From an uncultured Thermomicrobia bacterium (GTDB lineage: Bacteria; Chloroflexota; Chloroflexia; Thermomicrobiales; JALYUS01), in the NCBI GenBank assembly GCA_937968015.1, contig CALBSO010000109.1:82115-146114 (forward strand): DNA of 64,000 nt. The letters run 5' to 3'. The position numbers and the translations under genes are program-made. The notes beneath the pieces are model-generated. The model ran no database searches. It worked only from the letters and a program-made list of their open reading frames with translations, and was not told where the DNA came from. Positions 25,803 through 35,748 of the stretch are shown one piece after another; positions within the stretch are counted from its first letter, which is position 1, and each line of letters opens with the position of its first letter.

Positions 25803-27737
25803 CTACTTTTTGATGAACTGGAAGCCACGGAAGGCGAACTGATCGCCGAGATAGAATGCGTCCATCGGGTTCTTGACGATGCCGATGAGGGTCGTCTTGT
25901 GTACCGCGAAGGTTTCCGAGTTGTAGAGCGGGCCGATCGCGCAGTCGTCATCAATGATGATCTTCTGTGCCTGATCGTACAGGGCGAGCCGCTTCGTGTT
26001 GTCCTGCTCGACTGCTGCCTGCTTGAAGAGCGCGTCCACTTTCGGGTTCGAGTAGTTGTAGTTGTTGTTGCCGCCGCTCGTCCCGAAGAGGTCCGGCAGC
26101 CAATCCTGCGGGTCTGGATAGTCCGCGCCCCACCCGCCGGTCGTCAACTGGAAGTCCTTCTTGTCGGAGACCAGTTGTTTGTAAACCTTTGACTCCTGCG
26201 GGTCGAGTTGGATATCCACGCCGAGATTCTGGCGGAGTTGCGCCTGGAAGAACTGTGCGATCGTCGGGCCGTCACCCGCGTTGACGAACGTCACTTTGAC
26301 ACTCAGGCTCTTCGGGTCAATGCCCGCATCACTGAGGATCTTCTTCGCCTTCGTCGCGTCGAACTTGTACTGCGCGCCGATACTCTCGTTATACCCCGGC
26401 TCACCCGGCGCGATCCACGTTTGTGTCGGTTTGCCGACGCCCTTCAAGACGTCCCGAATAAATGCATCGCGATCAATCGCCGTGGCGAAGGCTTTGCGGA
26501 CTTCAACCCGATCGAACGGCGCGCGCTTGTTGTTGTATGAGAGCGCAAAGGTCGACAGATTCGCACCGCGGATGATCTGGTCCTTGTACGTCGGGTCACT
26601 CAAGACCTGCTGCCGGTTGGCGGTCGGCACGCCGGTCAGGTCGAGTTCGTTGTTCTGATAGGCATTCCAGATCTGTGCCGAGTCCTTGATGATCTTGAAC
26701 TCGACCTGGGTCAGATAGGGCTTCTCGCCGGTGTAGTTCGCGTTCGGCTTGAAGACGAGATTCTGATTGCTGGTGAAGGAGTCGAGCACCCACGCGCCGT
26801 TCGTGACGTGATTCTTCGGGTCCTTCCACCAGTCCGCGCCGCCCTTCTCAATCACGCTTTGCTTCAGCGGGCAGAAGCCCCACAGGGAGAGGATCTGCGT
26901 AAAGACCGGCTGCGCATTCGCGAGTTGGAAGACGACCGTGGTGTCGTCCTTCGCGGAGACGCCGATTTTGTCCACGAGGCCCTTGATATCCCCCGGCGTC
27001 GGCGTCGGGCCTTTATCCGGATAGAGCGCGGCATAGCCCGCGATATCGGACGCGAATGATGCGTAGTTCGAGGCGGTCGTCGGATCGAGGAACCGTTTGG
27101 CCGCGTAGACATAATCCTTCGCCGTGATGGGCGAGCCATCGGAGAACTTTTGGCCGGGTCTGAGTTTGACCGTGTATGTCTTGCCGTCGCTGGAGATGCC
27201 GCCGTTCTGTGGCGTCGGGATTTCGGCCGCCGCGCGCGGAACCAGGTTGCCCTTGCCGTCGAACGAGAAGAGCGAATCGTACATGAGATGAACCAATGCG
27301 ATATCCGTCGAATACTGGCCGACCGCGGGATCGAGCGTCTTCGGATCACCGCTCAACGCGAGCCGCAGCATCTGCGTAGTCGCGAAGTTCGGCGACTTAG
27401 TGCCCTGTGGCGAATAGGCTGCCGCGCCGGTTGTCGTCGTCCCGGCGGTTGTCGAAGCGGCGGCCGTTGTTCCGGCAGGAGCAGTGCCCCCGGCCGCAGG
27501 GGCGGCAGTGCTGGCGACTGTGCTACCAGCAGGGCGCGTCGCCACCGCTGAGCCGGCTGCGGTCGTGGGGCTTGTCGCGCTCCCAGCCGTCGTTGCCGCG
27601 GTCGTACTTGCCGGCTTCGGTGTGTCAGTTGCCTTGCTGCCGCCGCAGGCGGCGAGAATTGCTGCTGCCGCGCTGCCCGCGATACCACCGATCATCGCGC
27701 GGCGACTCAATCGTTTCTGCCACATCCCATATTCCAC
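25803..27737 (-). CDS. ABC transporter substrate-binding lipoprotein, family 5 (peptide/oligosaccharide)
   Basis: N-terminus RLSRRAMIGGIAGSAAAAILAACGGS (RR signal plus lipobox), a long Thr/Ala linker, then an SBP_bac_5-like body. GTG 27737 lies 8 nt after AGGAG and is preferred over track start 27857; ATG 27725 is an alternative. Confidence 0.85.
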   Translation of the reverse strand: MEYGMWQKRLSRRAMIGGIAGSAAAAILAACGGSKATDTPKPASTTAATTAGSATSPTTAAGSAVATRPAGSTVASTAAPAAGGTAPAGTTAAASTTAGTTTTGAAAYSPQGTKSPNFATTQMLRLALSGDPKTLDPAVGQYSTDIALVHLMYDSLFSFDGKGNLVPRAAAEIPTPQNGGISSDGKTYTVKLRPGQKFSDGSPITAKDYVYAAKRFLDPTTASNYASFASDIAGYAALYPDKGPTPTPGDIKGLVDKIGVSAKDDTTVVFQLANAQPVFTQILSLWGFCPLKQSVIEKGGADWWKDPKNHVTNGAWVLDSFTSNQNLVFKPNANYTGEKPYLTQVEFKIIKDSAQIWNAYQNNELDLTGVPTANRQQVLSDPTYKDQIIRGANLSTFALSYNNKRAPFDRVEVRKAFATAIDRDAFIRDVLKGVGKPTQTWIAPGEPGYNESIGAQYKFDATKAKKILSDAGIDPKSLSVKVTFVNAGDGPTIAQFFQAQLRQNLGVDIQLDPQESKVYKQLVSDKKDFQLTTGGWGADYPDPQDWLPDLFGTSGGNNNYNYSNPKVDALFKQAAVEQDNTKRLALYDQAQKIIIDDDCAIGPLYNSETFAVHKTTLIGIVKNPMDAFYLGDQFAFRGFQFIKK

Positions 27738-28113
27738 GATCAATGCTCCTTTACTCTGCGGTGCGGTTACGATACCGCCCCGGCAACCACCGCGAGCGCG
27801 CTTCGCTCGCTCGACCAATAGCAAAACCCGACGATCCAAACGGGCTTGCCTTCGCACAGCGCTCGCGTGCCAAACGCCTTCGCGTGCGACGTTATTCTGT
27901 CATTACCTCCTGTGCTCGTTTTTCATCATACCCGAATATCTCCGATCATCAGACCGTCTTGCGAAACTGTCAAGGCACGCCAGCAACGAGTCTCCTCGGT
28001 AGCAAACAAACCGAATCTCTCCGTTGGTAGGATCACCGTCGCAGGAATGATGCCGACAGCGATCGAAGGGGATATACTGCGGCCTGACGGCCATCGAGGC
28101 AGGAGAGAAAGCC

Positions 28114-28941
28114 GTGTGTATGGAGACGCAGCGCACCGAAACGACGCCGACGCACGAGCGGATCAGAGTTGGTCCGGTCGCGCTCCATGTCGCGCGGTGG
28201 TCATCAGGCGGGCCGCCCCTGCTCCTTCTACCCGCGATGACGCACCGATGGGATGCATGGCTGCCGGTCATCCCCGCGCTCGTGAAACGCTTCTCCATCA
28301 CCGCTGTTGATCTGCGCGGGCACGGGGCATCGGATCATCCGGACAGCGGATACAACCTGTCGGACTACGCGGCGGACATCGTCGCGCTGACGGAGCACCT
28401 TGGCTGGGAGAAGCCGAACGTTATTGGCCACTCGCTCGGCGGCTCCGTCGCGCGGATCGCGGAGGCGCGGTATCCCGGCTGGGCGCGCCGGATCGTCATC
28501 GAGGATACGCCCCCGCACCTTGACCGATCCGATTCTCGCGTCGTGCTGTTGGCGAAGGGATACTTGAAGATGCTCGCGATGCCGATGGAAGATGTGGGAG
28601 CGCACTTCCGGCGCGTCAATCCTGGCTGGAGCGAGGATCGGATTCGGGAGGCGGCTCACGCAGCGAAACAGACAGCGCCGGGTGTTCTCGAAGCGTATCT
28701 CGCGCAGGAAGAACCGCTGACACTCGAAGAATCGGTCGCGGCGGTGCACTGCCCGGTCCTGCTCGTCTATGGGGACACCGCATCCGGCGGCTTCGTCTCC
28801 GACGCCGATGCCGCGCTCTACCTCGACACGCTCCCGGATGGCCGTGCCATCCAAATCCCTGGCGCGGGCCACAGCCTCCACGCCCGCAAGCCGGATGATT
28901 TCGTGCGGGCGGTCGTACCATTTTTGCAAGAGGGAGATTGA
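28114..28941 (+). CDS. alpha/beta hydrolase fold protein
   Basis: DLRGHGASD and the nucleophile elbow VIGHSLGGSV are present, with the catalytic His context GAGHSLH. AGGAGAG SD. The start is GTG 28114 or ATG 28120. Confidence 0.82.
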   Translation: MCMETQRTETTPTHERIRVGPVALHVARWSSGGPPLLLLPAMTHRWDAWLPVIPALVKRFSITAVDLRGHGASDHPDSGYNLSDYAADIVALTEHLGWEKPNVIGHSLGGSVARIAEARYPGWARRIVIEDTPPHLDRSDSRVVLLAKGYLKMLAMPMEDVGAHFRRVNPGWSEDRIREAAHAAKQTAPGVLEAYLAQEEPLTLEESVAAVHCPVLLVYGDTASGGFVSDADAALYLDTLPDGRAIQIPGAGHSLHARKPDDFVRAVVPFLQEGD

Positions 28942-28943
28942 AC

Positions 28944-29026
28944 CGCCAAGAACGCCAAGAGGGGAAAGAGGACGGGGAAACGTGAAGGTAGTTCTCTCTT
29001 CCTCACATTCCTTGGCGCTCTTGGCG
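28944..29026. repeat. tandem 9-mers CGCCAAGAR x2 (28944-28962) with inverted copy (29010-29026)
   Basis: CGCCAAGAACGCCAAGAGG ... CCTTGGCGCTCTTGGCG. It sits between two co-directional genes. A second complementary pair, CGTGAAG (28981) and CTTCACG (29029), interleaves with it. Confidence 0.8.
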
Positions 29027-29066
29027 TCTTCACGGTTCAGACGTTTGATAGCTGAAAGGAGAAATC

Positions 29067-29495
29067 ATGCAGACGCAGGCGCGGATTGCGGATTGGGTGG
29101 GGCGGCGGACGTGGGCGGTCGTTGGGGCGAGCGATAACCGGGCGAAGTTCGGCAACCGGATTTACCGGGTGCTGCGCGAGCGTGGCTATACGGTCTACCC
29201 GGTGAATCCGACGCTCCCAACGGTGGAAGGCGATACAGCATATCCTGATATCGCGGCGTTGCCTGCGGGTGTCGAGGTGCTGGACATCGTGATTCCGCCG
29301 CAGCGCGTGCCGCCGGTGCTCGATCAGGCAAAGGCGGCGGGAATCACGCGCATCTGGCTGCAACCCGGCGCGGAATCGCCGGACGTGATCGCACATGCGG
29401 CGGCGCTCGGCCTCGACGTGATCGCCGGTGGCCCGTGCGCGATGGTCGAGGCGCGTTCCTGGCCGCGCGCTACCGCCGATACTGTGGCGCCATGA
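29067..29495 (+). CDS. CoA-binding domain protein (YccU/YneT-like)
   Basis: RTWAVVGASDNRAKFGNRIYRVLRERGYTVYPVNP is the CoA_binding_2 N-terminal pattern. The stop overlaps the next start (ATGA at 29492-29495). Confidence 0.85.
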   Translation: MQTQARIADWVGRRTWAVVGASDNRAKFGNRIYRVLRERGYTVYPVNPTLPTVEGDTAYPDIAALPAGVEVLDIVIPPQRVPPVLDQAKAAGITRIWLQPGAESPDVIAHAAALGLDVIAGGPCAMVEARSWPRATADTVAP

Positions 29496-30070
29496 TACGA
29501 AGCGACTCGCCTGCCGACCCCGCCCGACCGACATTGCATGGCGAGCGTGTCACGCTCCGTCCGACCGTGGATGCGGATTACCGATACGGCTATCAGTGGG
29601 AACTCGATCCCGAAGTCCAGTACTGGGCGCAGGGTGATTACGCGCCGCCGGACCTCACCTTCGAGCAGTACAAAGCGCAGTACGCCCCACCGGTCGGCAA
29701 ACCGGGCGAGGCGGATCATTTCACGATTGTCGTGCGGCCGGAGACAGTGATTGGCTTCGTCGGCTACTTCAACGCGGATCGGCGCATCGGCAAGGTCGAG
29801 GTCGGTATCGGTATCGGCGAGAAAGCGTACTGGGGCAAGGGATACGGACGGGAGGCAATGCGCCTTCTGCTCGCATATCTGTTCACGGAGGGCGGCTTCC
29901 AGCGCGTTGAACTCGATACCTGGAGCGGCAATACGCGCGCGATCCGCTCGTACGCGGCGTGCGGGTTCGTGACGGAGGGGCGGTTGCGCCGCGCCGAACT
30001 CGTCGAAGGCGCCTATTACGAGACGATCATCATGGGTCTGCTCCGCGAGGAATGGCAGATAGGGCGCTGA
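29492..30070 (+). CDS. GNAT family N-acetyltransferase (RimJ/RimL-like)
   Basis: ERVTLRP...IGKVEVGIGIGEKAYWGKGYGREAM...AIRSYAACGF is a GNAT fold pattern. ATG 29492 is coupled to the upstream stop. Confidence 0.82.
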   Translation: MIRSDSPADPARPTLHGERVTLRPTVDADYRYGYQWELDPEVQYWAQGDYAPPDLTFEQYKAQYAPPVGKPGEADHFTIVVRPETVIGFVGYFNADRRIGKVEVGIGIGEKAYWGKGYGREAMRLLLAYLFTEGGFQRVELDTWSGNTRAIRSYAACGFVTEGRLRRAELVEGAYYETIIMGLLREEWQIGR

Positions 30071-30174
30071 GCCGCGCCTGCCTGTTCCTCATCTGCCGGG
30101 GCGATGCCGCGTGGTACGATAGCCGCAGGCGGGCCGTTGGTTGCCCGCACGGTTAAGCGGGGCAGATTGTATCA

Positions 30175-31125
30175 GTGACACCCGAGCCGGACATTTCCAT
30201 CGTCATTGTGAGCCGCAATACGCGGGAGCTGCTGCGCGCTTGCCTGCGCTCAATCCGCGAGCATTGTGATGGGTATACCGTTGAGACGATCGTCGTGGAG
30301 AGCGACTCCCACGATGGCACCGCCGCGATGGTGCGCGAGGCATTCCCGGAGGTTATCCTGCTCGAACCGGGGGAGAATACCGGGTTTGCGCGGGGGAACA
30401 ATCTCGGCATCAAGCGGGCGCGTGGCGCGTGTGTGCTCCTCCTGAACCCCGATACGGAACTGACCTTGGGGGCACTCGCTACGCTCTATCGTGCGCTGGA
30501 CGCTGATTCGGCGGTCGGTGTCGTCGGCCCGCTCCTGCGTTATCCCGACGGCACGATCCAGCCGTCGCGCCGCCGTTTCCCGACGCTCGCGACCGCGCTC
30601 GTTGAAAGCACACTCATCCAGGAATGGTGGCCGGATCATCCTGCCCTCGCGCGCTATTACCGCTCGGACATGCCCGACGATGTGTCGCAGGATGTGGACT
30701 GGCTCGTCGGCGCCTGCCTCCTTGTGCGGCGGGGCGTCTTCGCGACGGTCGGGTTGCTCGACGAACGGCTCTTCCTCTATTCGGAGGAGCCGGAATGGTG
30801 CTGGCGTGTGCGGCGGGCGGGGTGGCGCGTCCGCTACGTGCCGGAGGCCGAGGTGCGGCATCATGAGGGGACGAGCACCGGCCAAAACGTGATCGCGCGG
30901 CAGCGGGCGTTCGCCGTCAGTAAGACGCATCTGATGGGCGCACTCTATGGTCCGGTCGTGGGATTGGCGACACGCATCGCGCTCGTGGCAGATCAGATGG
31001 TCCGGCTCATCCGGGAAGCGGCGAAATGGTCGCTCGGCCATAAACGCGATCTTCGCGCCGCGCGGGTGCTGGCGTCGTGGGCGACGATTCGCGCGTTGAT
31101 CCTCCCGACCGGTCGAGGACGCTGA
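30175..31125 (+). CDS. GT2-family glycosyltransferase
   Basis: ISIVIVSRNTRELLRACLRSI, NTGFARGNNLG and LLNPDTE are GT-A/GT2 hallmarks. GTG start. Confidence 0.88.
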   Translation: MTPEPDISIVIVSRNTRELLRACLRSIREHCDGYTVETIVVESDSHDGTAAMVREAFPEVILLEPGENTGFARGNNLGIKRARGACVLLLNPDTELTLGALATLYRALDADSAVGVVGPLLRYPDGTIQPSRRRFPTLATALVESTLIQEWWPDHPALARYYRSDMPDDVSQDVDWLVGACLLVRRGVFATVGLLDERLFLYSEEPEWCWRVRRAGWRVRYVPEAEVRHHEGTSTGQNVIARQRAFAVSKTHLMGALYGPVVGLATRIALVADQMVRLIREAAKWSLGHKRDLRAARVLASWATIRALILPTGRGR

Positions 31126-31127
31126 AC

Positions 31128-32378
31128 ATGGCGCCCCGCGTCCTGCTCGTCTCCGCCGAGTACCCGCCCACGCCGGGCGGTGTCGGTGATTACACCGCGC
31201 TCCTTGCGGAGAGTCTCGCGGACATCGGTGCATCCGTTGCGGTGTTGACTTCTCCGACGAGCGGTAGGACGTTGAACGAGGCCATTACCGTGTTTCCTGT
31301 CGTCCGCCGTTGGGATTGGGGTATCGCGCGTCTTGTACGTGAGATAGTCAAAGAAGTACGGCCCGATATCCTCCACCTTCAATACCAGACAGGGATGTAC
31401 CGGATGCATCCGGCGATTAATTTGTTGCCCGGACGATCCCCGTTCGCGCGGGGAGAGGGGTATCGTTACGCGCCGGAGATACACCTTCGACCGAGGTTCG
31501 TGACAACGTTTCACGATCTGCGTCCTCCGTATCTCTTTCCAAAGGCTGGCCCTCTACGCAGACGGATCACCTACCATCTTGCTCGCGAAAGCGACGCCGT
31601 GATTGCGACGAACGGCGCGGACGCGCGGTCGCTTCAGGAATGGAACTGCACGACGGCGCTCATCCCGATAGGGAGTAACATCCCCCCGGCAGCCGCGCGC
31701 GATGCGCGGGCGATCCGCGCGCGGTACGCGATTCCCGCCGAGGCGGCGCTGCTGACGACATTCGGACTGATGAACCAGTCGAAGGGCATCGAGGCAGTGA
31801 TAGACGCATTCGCTGTGCTGCGGCGGGAAGGGACGGACGCACATCTTCTGCTCGTCGGCGCGGGAGCAGGCGTGAATGATCCGACGAATCAGGCGACCGA
31901 GGCCGCCGTTGCGACGCGATGCGCGGCAGCGGGGCTGACCGCGTTCGTGCGAAAGACGGGCCAACTCCCCGCTGTCGAAGTCGCGGAGGCATTAGCGGCG
32001 AGCGATGTCTGCATACTGCCGTACCGCGATGGCGCGTCGCCACGGCGTGGGAGCCTGCTCGCCGCGCTCGCGCAGGGCATCCCGGTCGTCACGACGACGC
32101 CCGCAACCGGCGCATACGATGGCTTGCCCACGTTCCGCGATGGCGAGGTTGCGCGGTGCGTCCCGGCGGGCGATGCGCGGGCCGTCGCGGAGGCCGTGCA
32201 AGCGATCCGGCGTGACGATGCCCTCGCGGCACGCTTGCGCGTCGGCGCCGCTGCCTACGCGGCGCGGTATACGTGGCCCGCGATTGCCGCGCAGACGCTT
32301 GCGCTGTACAAGACGCTTGGGGTAGTGACAGCGGAAGAAACGGTCTCGCCGGTCGTGATGTCGGGAGTGGAACGCTGA
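31128..32378 (+). CDS. GT4-family (GT-B) glycosyltransferase
   Basis: RVLLVSAEYPPTPGGVGDYT and C-terminal LPYRDGASPRRGSLLAALAQGIPVVTT are present. ATG 31128 lies 2 nt after the GT2 stop. Confidence 0.85.
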   Translation: MAPRVLLVSAEYPPTPGGVGDYTALLAESLADIGASVAVLTSPTSGRTLNEAITVFPVVRRWDWGIARLVREIVKEVRPDILHLQYQTGMYRMHPAINLLPGRSPFARGEGYRYAPEIHLRPRFVTTFHDLRPPYLFPKAGPLRRRITYHLARESDAVIATNGADARSLQEWNCTTALIPIGSNIPPAAARDARAIRARYAIPAEAALLTTFGLMNQSKGIEAVIDAFAVLRREGTDAHLLLVGAGAGVNDPTNQATEAAVATRCAAAGLTAFVRKTGQLPAVEVAEALAASDVCILPYRDGASPRRGSLLAALAQGIPVVTTTPATGAYDGLPTFRDGEVARCVPAGDARAVAEAVQAIRRDDALAARLRVGAAAYAARYTWPAIAAQTLALYKTLGVVTAEETVSPVVMSGVER

Positions 32379-34435
32379 TGGCGGTCGTCGGGCAACAAAC
32401 GACGGCACATGCGGCATCGCCGCCACGCCAACGTTTCCACTGGGTTTACGGGCGCGGTGAGATACTCCCACTTCTGTTGCTCACGTTGCTCACACTGCTC
32501 GGTGGTCTCATGCGCCGTTATCATCTCGGCCAGCAAGGTCTCTGGTTCGACGAAGCGGATCTCGTGATGCGCGCCCGTCAGCCGTTGCCGGATTTGCTGC
32601 GGAACTTCCTCAGTCCGGGCGAGAACGGGCCGCTCTATACTTTCGGCATGGCCTTGTGGGTCAAGGTCCTGGGCACATCGGAAGTCGCCGTCCGGTTGCC
32701 CTCGGCCATCGCGGGGACGCTCGCGATCCCCGCGATGTACGGCCTCGGGCGCGCCCTGCGTAGCCCACGCCTCGGCCTGATCGCCGCCGCGCTCCTCACC
32801 GTCTCGCCGTACGCGCACTGGTACGCGCAGGACGCGAAGATGTACAGCCTGCTCATCCTCCTCACGATCGTGGCGACGTGGGTGCTGCTCGTTGCGATCC
32901 GGCGCGGGGGCGCGGCGTGGATCGTCTACGGGATTGTTGCGGCGCTGACATTGGGCATCCATGCCACATTCCTCCTGGCGCTCGCCGCGCACGCCGTGAT
33001 CGCCACTCGCCTCTGGCGTGCGGGATACGGCGTGCGGCCGGCGGGGCGGCAGGCACGCGGGCTGGCAATCCTCATTGGTGTAGCCGCGCTCCCGCTCCTT
33101 ATCTGGGGCGCGATCTTCGCCGTCCGAAATGGTCCGACATGGCAGGTGAAGGCTACACCCTGGGCGCTCCTTCACCGCATGCTCGTCGAATTCAGTGTCA
33201 CGCATCGTGCCGGTGATGCCACACAGGCGTGGGGCGCCTCGCTCTACGTCGTGTTCGCCGCCCTCGGTGTCGTTTTGACGTGGCGGGCGGGGAAGGGAGG
33301 AGCCTTCCCTCCGCGCCTTGCGCTGCTCATTGTCGGCGCGATGACCGCCGTGCCGAGCGTGCTCTTCATGCTGCTCTCGCTGCAACGCGCGGTCTTTGAG
33401 CCTCGCTACCTCATCGTCGCGCTGCCGGGCTTTCTGCTCCTTGCCGCGCTCGGGATTGATGGTCTGCTGCGCTGGCGCCCGACGTGGCTGCTCGCCGGTG
33501 CGGGCGGCATCGCCGTGTTGATCGTGACGGGGATACCGTTGCGGGATGTGAATTTCTCGACCGTGCCGCAAAAAGAGGATTGGCGCGAGGCGTACCGCCA
33601 TCTCGCGGAGCACGCGCGCGCCGGTGATGGCGTCGTGATCTATCCGGGCTACCTCCGTTCAACCTACGACTACTACGCGATGCAGTTCCCGGCGCTGCGC
33701 AATCTCTCGGTCGTCACGCCGCCATCGCTCGCGCCGGGAACAGAGATTTCCGACCGCGCGTTGGAGGCATTCTTTACGGCGAATACACAGGGTTGGGAAC
33801 GCGCCTGGCTCGTCGAGTCGCCGGAGCGCGCGCCGAGTCAGGACCCGGATGGGCGGATTCTCGGCTTCTATACGGAGGGCATTCCCGTCGTCAACCCGCG
33901 CGGACAGACGCTCTTCGAGCAACAGAAGTATAATGGCGTTCTTCTCGATTGCTTCGCCTACGACGGGCCATATCGCGCCGACCGGCCGCCGCCGCAAGTG
34001 ACGCCCGATCTCCGCATCGGCAACACAGGTATCGGTCTCTTCGGCGTGTCGCTCGAAACGCCGGGAGGAGGTACGTCGGTTGCGCGCGGATCGTTCGCGC
34101 CGCTTCTGCTCCGCTGGACCGTGCTGGACGGGGCGATCTCGGACGATTACACCGTACTTGTCCGGCTCGTGGATGCGACGGGTCGCGAGGTGGGCCGGTA
34201 CGACATCCCGCCGCTCGATGGCCACTGGGCGACGAGTACCTGGCAGCCGAAGGATGACCCCTACGACCCGCATGACCTCTCTATTCCGTCCGCCCTCGCG
34301 CCGGGGCAGTACCGTATCCTCATTGGCATGGCGCCCGTGAGCGATCCCACGCACCCGCTGCCCATCTTGAGTCGCGACGGCGCGCGCGTAGACACCAATG
34401 GGTTGGTCGCGGTCATGCCGATCACCGTGACATAA
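32378..34435 (+). CDS. GT-C membrane glycosyltransferase (ArnT/PMT, GT39/GT83-like) with periplasmic C-terminal domain
   Basis: About 10 TM helices, with the WFDEA acidic motif in the first extracytoplasmic loop that is typical of GT-C enzymes. The ATG overlaps the GT4 stop (TGATG). Confidence 0.78.
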   Translation: MAVVGQQTTAHAASPPRQRFHWVYGRGEILPLLLLTLLTLLGGLMRRYHLGQQGLWFDEADLVMRARQPLPDLLRNFLSPGENGPLYTFGMALWVKVLGTSEVAVRLPSAIAGTLAIPAMYGLGRALRSPRLGLIAAALLTVSPYAHWYAQDAKMYSLLILLTIVATWVLLVAIRRGGAAWIVYGIVAALTLGIHATFLLALAAHAVIATRLWRAGYGVRPAGRQARGLAILIGVAALPLLIWGAIFAVRNGPTWQVKATPWALLHRMLVEFSVTHRAGDATQAWGASLYVVFAALGVVLTWRAGKGGAFPPRLALLIVGAMTAVPSVLFMLLSLQRAVFEPRYLIVALPGFLLLAALGIDGLLRWRPTWLLAGAGGIAVLIVTGIPLRDVNFSTVPQKEDWREAYRHLAEHARAGDGVVIYPGYLRSTYDYYAMQFPALRNLSVVTPPSLAPGTEISDRALEAFFTANTQGWERAWLVESPERAPSQDPDGRILGFYTEGIPVVNPRGQTLFEQQKYNGVLLDCFAYDGPYRADRPPPQVTPDLRIGNTGIGLFGVSLETPGGGTSVARGSFAPLLLRWTVLDGAISDDYTVLVRLVDATGREVGRYDIPPLDGHWATSTWQPKDDPYDPHDLSIPSALAPGQYRILIGMAPVSDPTHPLPILSRDGARVDTNGLVAVMPITVT

Positions 34436-34467
34436 GACTGGTGGCTGGGTGCCCTTTGGGTAGATTC

Positions 34468-34490
34468 AGCCTGCGCAGCGATGCAGGCTG
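34468..34490. terminator. hairpin CAGCCTGC-N7-GCAGGCTG (REP-like family)
   Basis: An 8-bp stem between convergent genes ending at 34435 and 34509, followed by GAAAGC as at 12949. Confidence 0.6.
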
Positions 34491-34508
34491 GAAAGCCCGC
34501 GCTACCAC

Positions 34509-35435
34509 CTATTTGAAGATACTCATCGGCAGGTACGCCGAGACGATCCAGTTCGGCGCATCCACGATCTCGCTGATCTTCAAATCCACCGCCGCGCCGC
34601 AGAGACAGTACGCCTGCTCGCGCGTCATCGCGTAGTGCGTGGCGAGGTGGTCAATCATGTAGCGGATCGCCTGCTGGGCATCCGTGAAAAGATCAGGGCC
34701 GTGCGCGGTCGTCACGAAGTAGCCGCCGGTGTCCGTGACCGTCAACTTCTTGCCTGGTGGGGTTGTGAAGCGCAGTTCCGGGATGTTCGCGCCCTTGCTC
34801 AGGGTGAACCGCAGCGTGACGGTCATCGGCGTCTCGATGCCGGTGCCGTTCACCTCGCCATCCCCTTGCGCGGAGTGGCAATCGCCGCAGGAGAAGAGGG
34901 CGCCGGGAACGAGGACAGGGAACGAGACGACCGCGCCGGGGGTCAGATGGCGGATATCGAGGTTGCCGCCATTCTCGCGCGGCGGGATGGTCGTGAAGCG
35001 CCCGTTGTCGCGCGGTGCGACACCCATACACCCACAGAATGGCTCGTACGGAATGCGGATGTCCGGGCGGAACTCGCAATCCGTTCCGAGATTGTAGTGG
35101 TGCAAATAGGGGGCCGAGAAATCGTCCGCGAGCAGGCCGAAACCGGGGATGACGGCGTTCCAGCCCCATCCTTTGTGCGCGAGGCTGACGACCTCAACAT
35201 TGAGCGCGTCGCCGGGCGCCGCACCCTCGATGAGGACCGGGCCGGTGAGGGGATGAATCGGGTCGAAGCTGAGCGTTGTGAGCGACGCCGACGGCGCGCC
35301 GGGGGCGACTTGCCGTGCGGACGCTTCGAGCGTCTCAAACACAACGGTGTCACCGGGTTGGATACGGAGACGGGGCGGATGGGTGTTGTCCCAGAAGGCG
35401 TGCGGCTGGCGGTCATCCAGATGATACGTTGCCAT
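34509..35435 (-). CDS. acetamidase/formamidase family protein
   Basis: Full-length resemblance to the FmdA/AmdA family: N-terminal WDNTHPPRLRIQPGDTVVFETLEAS, GGNLDIRHL and GDCHSAQGDGEV. Confidence 0.85.
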   Translation of the reverse strand: MATYHLDDRQPHAFWDNTHPPRLRIQPGDTVVFETLEASARQVAPGAPSASLTTLSFDPIHPLTGPVLIEGAAPGDALNVEVVSLAHKGWGWNAVIPGFGLLADDFSAPYLHHYNLGTDCEFRPDIRIPYEPFCGCMGVAPRDNGRFTTIPPRENGGNLDIRHLTPGAVVSFPVLVPGALFSCGDCHSAQGDGEVNGTGIETPMTVTLRFTLSKGANIPELRFTTPPGKKLTVTDTGGYFVTTAHGPDLFTDAQQAIRYMIDHLATHYAMTREQAYCLCGAAVDLKISEIVDAPNWIVSAYLPMSIFK

Positions 35436-35664
35436 GAGTGACTGCTCCTTTCATTGGACTGCCGACAGTATGTGCGTTGTTCCTGAACCCTGTTGGCGAG
35501 GAAATCTGCCATGCTTCGGCGAATCGAGGCTGCGCGGTGGCATTGCGGTCTCCTTCGCGGTATGCGGCGTATCGGCGTTGCCCCGCATAGTATGCGCGCC
35601 CCGCCGGAGGCGATCAACCGGTTGCCATCAAAAACCAAAGCCGCGCGGAAGTTGGGCGGAAGGC

Positions 35665-35700
35665 TTGCGGCATAGCGCAGACCATGAGACAATACGTACG
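35665..35700 (+). promoter_or_regulatory. promoter TTGCGG-17-(TGa)GACAAT abutted by TACGTACG
   Basis: TTGCGG at 35665-35670, GACAAT at 35688-35693 preceded by TGA, and TACGTACG at 35693-35700. It lies 50 nt upstream of the 35749 gene. Confidence 0.45.
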
Positions 35701-35748
35701 AAGTGAACGTACACTCGAATTGCGTGAGACGAGCGATTCGGGGCGGAG

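Noticed and set aside
29067-30070. The CoA-binding protein plus GNAT (ATGA-coupled) as a split Pat-like protein acetyltransferase system.
   Set aside because: The coupling is real, but both are very common small families. The GNAT looks RimJ/RimL-like and there is no NDP-forming acyl-CoA-synthetase-like domain, so evidence for a specific system is insufficient.
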